Sequence record: MT768059.1 | Length of the DNA: 52,782 nt | Direction: 5' to 3' (one strand) | Origin: Escherichia phage vB_EcoM_swi3 | Shown: piece by piece, positions 46,293-52,782 of the stretch | How positions within the stretch are numbered: position 1 is the first letter of the stretch | Layout: each line of letters begins with the position of its first letter | Translations under genes and position numbers: made by a program | The notes under the pieces: generated by a model | Seen by the model: only the letters and a program-made list of their open reading frames with translations | What the model was told of the DNA's origin: nothing | Databases searched by the model: none

Positions 46293-46304
46293 CCGCCTAA
46301 GTTA

Positions 46305-47210
46305 TTACAGCAGTTCTGCTTTCAATGCAGCGATACCATCGAGCAATGCTTTGATGTCCGGATTAGATGCCGCCAGGTCAGCAACAACTGACTGACGACG
46401 ACGTTCCAGCTCTTTCTCAACTTCCAGGTCGAGGCGTGCTGACGCTTCACGCAGTAAGTCTTCAACCTGCTGACGACGCTGATACTTGTTAAAGTCAGGC
46501 ACATCAACCAGCCATTTGAGAGTTGCAGTGTTGTAGCCAGAAGTATTGGCTGCACTTACAGACACAACATCAACGAGCTTGGTGCCATTCAGCTCCGGAT
46601 AGTTAACATTGCGAACGTCAACAACCGCTTTGTCACCTACACTTACTTTGCCGATGTACTTGTAAGTGTACACACGACCAGTCGGTTCAAACTTAACACC
46701 AACAAACTTCAGTTTGTCGTCTGCAATAACCTCTTCCTCAACTTTGAAGTTGATTGCAGTGTTCTTGACAGGTGCAGCCGCTTTGAGCTTAGCGACCATG
46801 TACTGTTCTGAATGAGACGGACGGCACAGACGGAAGACGTCCTCATTGTAGGTCAGCCAGTTACCGGTCTCATCCACGCATGCAATCTGATTAGTGCCAT
46901 CCAGTGAACGAACACCCGGGCGATTCTTCTCAATACGATACAGCTTACCTTCTTTCAGGTTAGCGTAAGAACGGCGGGCGATACCCCAGTTGTGTTTTTC
47001 AGATTCGTACTTAGCGAAACGGTCAACGCTGAAGTTCTGCTTCAGACCACGGTCGTCGATTACCCATAAGTTATCGTAAGCACCGCCGAAAGAGCCGAGG
47101 TTGGCATACACTTTGCCCTGCGTCAACAGGGAAGTGTTTCCCTCGTCAACACAGATAACAAAACCCAGAGCTTCGTGTGCTTTACCGCTGCGGTCAAATA
47201 CTGTAGTCAT
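46305..47210 (-). CDS. hypothetical protein
   Basis: 301-aa ORF with coiled-coil C-terminus. Confidence 0.5.
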   Translation of the reverse strand: MTTVFDRSGKAHEALGFVICVDEGNTSLLTQGKVYANLGSFGGAYDNLWVIDDRGLKQNFSVDRFAKYESEKHNWGIARRSYANLKEGKLYRIEKNRPGVRSLDGTNQIACVDETGNWLTYNEDVFRLCRPSHSEQYMVAKLKAAAPVKNTAINFKVEEEVIADDKLKFVGVKFEPTGRVYTYKYIGKVSVGDKAVVDVRNVNYPELNGTKLVDVVSVSAANTSGYNTATLKWLVDVPDFNKYQRRQQVEDLLREASARLDLEVEKELERRRQSVVADLAASNPDIKALLDGIAALKAELL

Positions 47211-47324
47211 TTCTTGTTTCCTTGTATACCAGTTTGATTGTATGCCAGAGATATTCCCTGCGCATGTGCTTTATTGCTTAACCGTTAAAGACATTATATC
47301 ATTAGTGAGTGGTGACGTACACAT

Positions 47325-47615
47325 TTATTTTAAGGCAGAAGTGCAAATAGCATCACACAAACAATAATGAGCACGGTCGTAGTCTTCAAACAAGAACACT
47401 TCGCCATTGGCGACAACTTCATTGCTGTTGACCTGCAGGCTAATACCTGAATGCAGAAGCACATCCATAGCCTGGTCCTTGTTCTTGTACGGGTCCCAAA
47501 TAAGCTGGAAGCCTGACCCGCAAAGGAGACATCCCTTGAGCTCCGGAAGAGTTGACTCCTTCACAGTCACATTACAAATCTTAGCCAGTTTAGCACGAGA
47601 ATCGAGAGTACTCAT
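47325..47615 (-). CDS. hypothetical protein
   Basis: 96-aa ORF. Confidence 0.4.
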   Translation of the reverse strand: MSTLDSRAKLAKICNVTVKESTLPELKGCLLCGSGFQLIWDPYKNKDQAMDVLLHSGISLQVNSNEVVANGEVFLFEDYDRAHYCLCDAICTSALK

Positions 47616-47902
47616 TTACGTTTACCTTTACGTTTGTGTAGCGGAGTATATGTTTTCTTTGGTACGCCAAACATGGCCGCATATGTACCGACTTCTTTCT
47701 TTGTTGGCTTATCCACAATTTCGTCAATCACGATTAAGTCATGGTCGATATTGCGAAAGACTTCAGCCGCTCTTTTCTCAACAGGAGTAAAGTCAATAAC
47801 CAGCTCTTTGCCTATCAGGCTTTCTTTGAGCTTGTCAAATAGCCATTTGTCACGCGGACCAGGATTGCCCATAAACATAACACGCATCTGCTTATTGTCC
47901 AT
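47612..47902 (-). CDS. hypothetical protein
   Basis: 96-aa ORF, basic C-terminus. Confidence 0.4.
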   Translation of the reverse strand: MDNKQMRVMFMGNPGPRDKWLFDKLKESLIGKELVIDFTPVEKRAAEVFRNIDHDLIVIDEIVDKPTKKEVGTYAAMFGVPKKTYTPLHKRKGKRK

Positions 47903-47992
47903 GGATGATATACCCCGTTATTTGTGTTGCCAGGTACAAACCGTATACCACACACCCAACTAGTATGGCATCAAGAATCAGATGAGCTATCT

Positions 47993-48307
47993 TCACGTTT
48001 GATCACCGGCCTTGACTGTAACGTTACGGCTGTTAACAACTTCCAGGCTGGTGCCATCCTTTTTGTGGGTTACACGAATAAATGCAACACCCTCAGCCTG
48101 TGCCTGTTCAATAGCTTTATTCAGCACAACATTATCCTGTACCATATGACGTACGCGAGGAAGGATATTGCAAAGAGGTTCCATCTCATCCATTCCTGCA
48201 GTACGCATGACTGACTTGAGAATGCCAAGATGATGCTTATAACGGTCTTCAAGATTGTACTTCTTGCCGTTATCACGAAAACGTTCTGATGCCATGTAAG
48301 TCTCCAA
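47993..48307 (-). CDS. hypothetical protein
   Basis: 104-aa ORF. Confidence 0.4.
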   Translation of the reverse strand: METYMASERFRDNGKKYNLEDRYKHHLGILKSVMRTAGMDEMEPLCNILPRVRHMVQDNVVLNKAIEQAQAEGVAFIRVTHKKDGTSLEVVNSRNVTVKAGDQT

Positions 48308-48339
48308 AAGTCAAGGGGCTTGTGCTAAGCCCCGTCTAA

Positions 48340-48789
48340 TTACTCGGCTTCTTCCGTAGCCGCCGGGGTGAATGTTACAGTCGGAATACCAGGCGAGGTC
48401 TTCACAACAGGGTCGACGATAGCCAGTTGTTCTGGTGTCAGGTTACGGTATGCAGTAACTGACATTTCATACTTGGTTTTAAACAGCTTGGCAACAACAG
48501 TCTTCGGTAACTTCTTCATTACATCAGGCACAAGCTTCTGGTCTAGTGAGCGGTTAACCTTCTGCTCAACCTTGAGTTTACCAGGTACGCCATGCATGCT
48601 GAACTCAACCGTTTGTGTACCTTCTTTACCACGATTGATAATCATGTCACGTTCAAGACGTGCTTTAATGGTCCGGCGCAACGTCTCCTGGTCAGCTTTC
48701 GCTTGTGCCATCCAGCGGTTCAGATTCGCCAGCTTGTCGTACAGCTGTTCCGTATCCATCGATTCCAGTTCTTGTGGGTTCAATGCCAT
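48340..48789 (-). CDS. hypothetical protein
   Basis: Start at ATG 48789 after GAGGAA; ORF-track start 48825 is GTG without RBS. Confidence 0.45.
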   Translation of the reverse strand: MALNPQELESMDTEQLYDKLANLNRWMAQAKADQETLRRTIKARLERDMIINRGKEGTQTVEFSMHGVPGKLKVEQKVNRSLDQKLVPDVMKKLPKTVVAKLFKTKYEMSVTAYRNLTPEQLAIVDPVVKTSPGIPTVTFTPAATEEAE

Positions 48790-49060
48790 CAGTTGTTTCC
48801 TCAGGTTGCATGTGCATAGTTGCACCTATTAGTAGACAATAGTTATTGAACATTGTACGTAGTGCTTGGCCCGCAACAATATCCGTTATGTCTATTATAC
48901 CACTTTTAGTGGTGACGCGTAAAGCTTTTTCTTTCTTTGTTTTCTCCACAAATGCAATGCTGATGATTTCTTCCGCATGAATTACGTGGATGGTACCTGC
49001 AAACTCACCAGTCTTAGCTGGTGCCTGGTACACTAACGACATAGACGGTTGGTTACTCAC
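48692..49060 (-). CDS. hypothetical protein (doubtful extent)
   Basis: GTG start after AGGAG; contains promoter 48894..48923 and overlaps next gene by ~98 nt. Confidence 0.25.
   Translation of the reverse strand: MSNQPSMSLVYQAPAKTGEFAGTIHVIHAEEIISIAFVEKTKKEKALRVTTKSGIIDITDIVAGQALRTMFNNYCLLIGATMHMQPEETTDGIEPTRTGIDGYGTAVRQAGESEPLDGTSES
48894..48923 (-). promoter_or_regulatory. sigma70-like promoter with extended -10
   Basis: Reverse complement reads TTTACGcgtcaccactaaaagTGGTATAAT. Confidence 0.45.
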
Positions 49061-49070
49061 TTAATTACTC

Positions 49071-49508
49071 CTATTTATATAAGTCCATCCAGTTACGATA
49101 CTCGTCATAAAACCGGTCAAACTCGTTTTTGGTGAGTGCAATAGCAACACCATTTACCAGATGCATGGTTCGTGTTTTGATGTTGACATACATGACGTTG
49201 CTGTACGGGAACAGACTACCGTCATTGTCAGTAAAGTAAGTCGGTGTGATATGAAGCGCATCACGCAATGCAACCAGTGATTCAACAGCTTCAGCGTGCC
49301 ATTCACGTCTGAAGGTCATGCAAGGCGGTGCACCGTCTTCGTCCTGGGTACCGCGCAAAGTAAGATATACAATTTCGGCAGTATCATTGTGTACAATTAC
49401 GCTAATGTCAACGATGTCGCTGGTACGGAAGGTAACAAAGTGCTCTTCAATTACTTGTTCGTCGGTATTAGGGCTGACGCCCTGAAAGGTCTTGAGTGTG
49501 TGAAACAT
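49071..49508 (-). CDS. hypothetical protein
   Basis: Start at ATG 49508 after AGGAG. Confidence 0.4.
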   Translation of the reverse strand: MFHTLKTFQGVSPNTDEQVIEEHFVTFRTSDIVDISVIVHNDTAEIVYLTLRGTQDEDGAPPCMTFRREWHAEAVESLVALRDALHITPTYFTDNDGSLFPYSNVMYVNIKTRTMHLVNGVAIALTKNEFDRFYDEYRNWMDLYK

Positions 49509-49661
49509 TGGTTGTATCTCCTTAACAGAATGTAAGTCTATTATGTATATAAAGGAGGGGAAAGTAAATAGATATAAATGTATAAAATACATAAAAGTCT
49601 ATTTACTCTGGTTTAATAACGTGTATATAATGAGAGCCCCACAAACAAGAGGAGAGACTCA

Positions 49662-49994
49662 ATGATAAAGCCAAAACTGTTGCGGCATATTCGCAACGGT
49701 ATTAAGCTACTCGCCGAAGGCAATGAATATGCCTGCAAGCAACGCGGTATTACAAAAGTCGGCCTGTTCAATAAAGAGTTACCGACTCGCTACTTTACCA
49801 AATCACCATTAACACTCGTACCTGCAGCGGAGTATTATAAAGACCCCGAAGCAGCTCGGGCTAAAATCAAGGAAGGTCTTGACCGACTTGTAGAGGAAGG
49901 CTATTTGACAGTACGTCAACACACTGAATCATCTTATTACTACAAGCCAACTTCTAAGGTAACCAGCAATGACAATGACGAGTCAGCCGAGTGA
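49662..49994 (+). CDS. hypothetical protein
   Basis: 110-aa ORF upstream of primase gene. Confidence 0.45.
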   Translation: MIKPKLLRHIRNGIKLLAEGNEYACKQRGITKVGLFNKELPTRYFTKSPLTLVPAAEYYKDPEAARAKIKEGLDRLVEEGYLTVRQHTESSYYYKPTSKVTSNDNDESAE

Positions 49995-52503
49995 TATTCT
50001 TGGTCTGAAATACTTTAAGCCAGAAGGGATTCCCCAAGTCTTCAAAGATATGAAGCGCTGGGCTATTTTTGAGCTGACGTACGAAGACGAGACCCTCGAA
50101 GTTCAGTCCAAACCTAAGAAACCTGCAAGAGCGCCATCAGGCCGTTCCTTCAGCACAACTGTGCCTGAAGAGTGGATGACTTTCGACGACGCCCTGACAC
50201 GTTGTATTCGCAATCGTGAAATGAAGATTAAAGCTGTACAGGGTAATATCACCTTTGTGCCGGCTTTGATTGTTCCTCGCCAGTGGTACTTTGTTGACCT
50301 GGACAACCATGATGATAATCCAGACATTGAAGCAACCCACAAAGCGATAATTGAGGGGACCCGTGGTGCTTATGCTGAGACGTCAATCTCTGGCAAAGGG
50401 CAACACATTGCAATCCCTTTACCCTGGACTGCAGCAACATCTAAAGAGAAAGACGAACAGCTGGACATCAAAATCCAGAAGGCTGAGATGTTCCTGGTAA
50501 TGACAGGCAATGTATTGAGCGAGTTCAATGCTAATCCTGTTTCAGCCCGTGAATGGCATGCAGCAATTGAGAAGTTCTTTCTTGAAGCAAGCGCACCTGA
50601 TATTGATGTTGAGTTTGAGCAAGACGAAGACCGTGGCGAAGAGTATGACAAAGAGCTGTACGAACAGTTAGCCGACAATACTCGCTGGGCTTTAGAGCAC
50701 TATCTGAATGAGCATGCACCAGACGGTGTTGGTGTAAGTAATGACGGTTCTGAACGTTTGAGCCGCATACTCAAAGACTTGCTTCGTGTAACCCGTAACT
50801 ACGAAGTTACACAACGCATCTTCATGGCCAGCAAAGCTGCAGCATATGAAGGTCGCAGACCAAGTCGACACAACCTGTCTGTTGATAAGTACCATCAGTG
50901 GTTCAGTCGTGTCGGTAAGACTGTGCTGAAAGAAATGCAACGTGACGGCTTATTCGTTAAGACCAAGTTTGCTCTTGACATCAACAAAGAGTTAGCCAAG
51001 AATTCAGGTGTCTCCCTGGCTGAGAATGTTGAGTTCAAGGTCAACGATGACATTCTGCCTTCTGATGTATTCGTCAGAACGGCCCCGTCTGGGTTTAAAC
51101 GGCTTATTGCTGAGATACAGGATAACATATCTCCGGCTAACAGGGTTAACGACTATGCCATCGGCACAGCTCTTAACATCCTGAGCAACTGCGCTGGTCG
51201 CAAGTATGTTTGTCCAGTAGGCGGTCATGCTAACTTCCTGGTAACCAACATCATTCTTGTGGGTGGTTCGTCAATCGGTAAATCGCTGTATACCGAGTTG
51301 TTCCCACAAATCCAGGCAAGTGTGCCAGACACATCGCCTATCAGTCTTAACCGTATCCCAAGGGAACAGACTTTTGCAACCAGGACGTTTGCTGAACTGA
51401 TGTCCAACCCGTCATACCATTCAGTCCAGTTGTTCTACCCTGAATTTGGTCTGGCTTTAGGTTCTGGCTTACGCATGAATCCTAACAACCCGGACAACTT
51501 TCAGAAAGCTCTGATGGACGCTTCAACCAAGCGTAAGGTTGGTGGTATACTGACAGGTATCAAACGTGCTAATGCTGACAATGATGTCAAGACAGTAAGC
51601 GAACCATGCTACTCTATCCTGGGCGACTCAACTCAAGAGCTTATCCTTGACAACACCCGGAAGCAAGACTTCTCAAGTGGCTTTTTGCCCCGCTTCCTGT
51701 TCATCCCTAACTATGAACGAGCGGAGTTTGCCAAACCTGAGAAGGTAGGACGTCGCCAGCAGATTCGCCGTACTCAATTCTCCAAAGAGTTGATTGAGAA
51801 GCTGGAAGCAATCGCTTATGTGAATGCTATCCCGCCTAACGGTAAACTAAGGCACGACCCGATTCCTATTTACGACGAATCGGACGATGATGACTTCCTG
51901 TACGAGTACCAGTGCAATATTAATGACATGCGCAAGTATTACAGGGATAACGAAGTAGCATCTGCCTTTGTGGGCCGAATGGGTGAGTATGTATTCAATA
52001 TAGCAGCACTGATTGGATTACTCGACAACTGGGATACTCCTGTAATGACCAGGGACAACATCGAATGGGCTTACAAATATGTGCTTCGTTGTATAACCGC
52101 TTGGGTCAATAACACAAGCAGGATAGTCGCACCACCAACTACCAACGCCGAAGTAGTGGACGGCTTCCTAAAAGTCTACAGGGACATTTTGGCCCTTTAC
52201 GCCAAAAGCGGATGGAACGGTATTGTTAAGCATTATCCTGAGGGTGTTGTGAGAAGTATCCGGGAAGAACACCTCCAGATGAATGGTTTAAGCATATATG
52301 CTATTCGTCAGTCTTTGAGCTGGTTTAAATCGAATTACGGTTTTAATATCACAGCTAACAACAAAGTCATTGACGGTATGCTGCAGGATATGATTGACCA
52401 GGACTATTTAGCAGTTCAAATATATAAGCCCACAAGAGGCCGATCTGCTAACATTTACTGCCTGACAGAGCGAGGATATGACACTGCTAAGAAGTTAAAA
52501 TAA
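49969..52503 (+). CDS. primase-polymerase (AEP-type) fused to P-loop NTPase/helicase domain
   Basis: 844 aa; N-terminal YFVDLDNHDD and SISGKGQHIAIPL (prim-pol DxD and sGxGxH-like); C-terminal Walker A VGGSSIGKS. Confidence 0.65.
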   Translation: MTMTSQPSDILGLKYFKPEGIPQVFKDMKRWAIFELTYEDETLEVQSKPKKPARAPSGRSFSTTVPEEWMTFDDALTRCIRNREMKIKAVQGNITFVPALIVPRQWYFVDLDNHDDNPDIEATHKAIIEGTRGAYAETSISGKGQHIAIPLPWTAATSKEKDEQLDIKIQKAEMFLVMTGNVLSEFNANPVSAREWHAAIEKFFLEASAPDIDVEFEQDEDRGEEYDKELYEQLADNTRWALEHYLNEHAPDGVGVSNDGSERLSRILKDLLRVTRNYEVTQRIFMASKAAAYEGRRPSRHNLSVDKYHQWFSRVGKTVLKEMQRDGLFVKTKFALDINKELAKNSGVSLAENVEFKVNDDILPSDVFVRTAPSGFKRLIAEIQDNISPANRVNDYAIGTALNILSNCAGRKYVCPVGGHANFLVTNIILVGGSSIGKSLYTELFPQIQASVPDTSPISLNRIPREQTFATRTFAELMSNPSYHSVQLFYPEFGLALGSGLRMNPNNPDNFQKALMDASTKRKVGGILTGIKRANADNDVKTVSEPCYSILGDSTQELILDNTRKQDFSSGFLPRFLFIPNYERAEFAKPEKVGRRQQIRRTQFSKELIEKLEAIAYVNAIPPNGKLRHDPIPIYDESDDDDFLYEYQCNINDMRKYYRDNEVASAFVGRMGEYVFNIAALIGLLDNWDTPVMTRDNIEWAYKYVLRCITAWVNNTSRIVAPPTTNAEVVDGFLKVYRDILALYAKSGWNGIVKHYPEGVVRSIREEHLQMNGLSIYAIRQSLSWFKSNYGFNITANNKVIDGMLQDMIDQDYLAVQIYKPTRGRSANIYCLTERGYDTAKKLK

Positions 52504-52514
52504 GTAGGTAAATC

Positions 52515-52556
52515 AAGGGCTTGGGTAATTGTAAAAATCCTAAGCCCTTATTTTTT
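52515..52556 (+). terminator. rho-independent terminator
   Basis: AAGGGCTT ... AAGCCCTT stem then TTTTTT. Confidence 0.55.
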
Positions 52557-52724
52557 AAGCTTATTTTACAAACTGATTAATATTTAAACTATAATTAAAT
52601 ATATGGACCCTAAGAGTATGATTTTATTACTCTTTTACAAATCATAATATATGGGCTCCCTATAAAAAGATTAAGGGGGTAATAAGGGGATCCAAGTACC
52701 GGATAAAAGGGGTATATATTTATT

Positions 52725-52745
52725 TTATTATTATTATTATTATTA
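52725..52745. repeat. (TTA)7 microsatellite in AT-rich terminal region
   Basis: Seven tandem TTA units read directly. Confidence 0.7.
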
Positions 52746-52782
52746 TATATTATTAATTATATTAGAAGTAATAAAAACAGCT

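Noticed and set aside
1-52782. Lysogeny module (integrase, CI-like repressor, excisionase) or a transposase as in Mu
   Set aside because: No tyrosine/serine recombinase, DDE transposase or repressor-like ORF seen despite the Mu/P2-like baseplate order; genome reads as virulent.

Overview
This window reads as a near-complete genome of a virulent tailed phage of an enterobacterial-type host (many sigma70-like promoters, no integrase or repressor found). The most interesting signal is a thymidylate-synthase homolog (37542..38426, -) carrying Asp where ThyA has the uracil-specifying Asn, which points to cytosine C5 modification of the phage DNA. All calls are by eye from the sequence and ORF track, with no database search run. 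Layout: (1) 1..3753, a PD-(D/E)XK nuclease then a leftward array of small, mostly acidic early genes; (2) 3754..4588, a long AT-rich control region with palindromes and a tandem GC-rich repeat; (3) 4589..33739, a rightward block with DHFR and a Tmk-like kinase, terminase, portal, scaffold, capsid, a 985-aa Trp/Tyr-rich protein, Ig-like proteins, a contractile-tail and Mu/P2-like baseplate module, and a lysis cassette; (4) 33756..49592, a leftward replication and nucleotide-metabolism block (family A DNA polymerase, TS homolog, MazG-like pyrophosphatase, SF2 helicase, Cas4-like nuclease, dCMP deaminase, SSB-like, Sak4-like ATPase, unknown early genes); (5) 49662..52503, a primase-polymerase/helicase fusion. 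The TS homolog, adjacent pyrophosphatase, dCMP deaminase, DHFR and kinase together resemble a modified-pyrimidine pathway; the exact modification cannot be determined from sequence.
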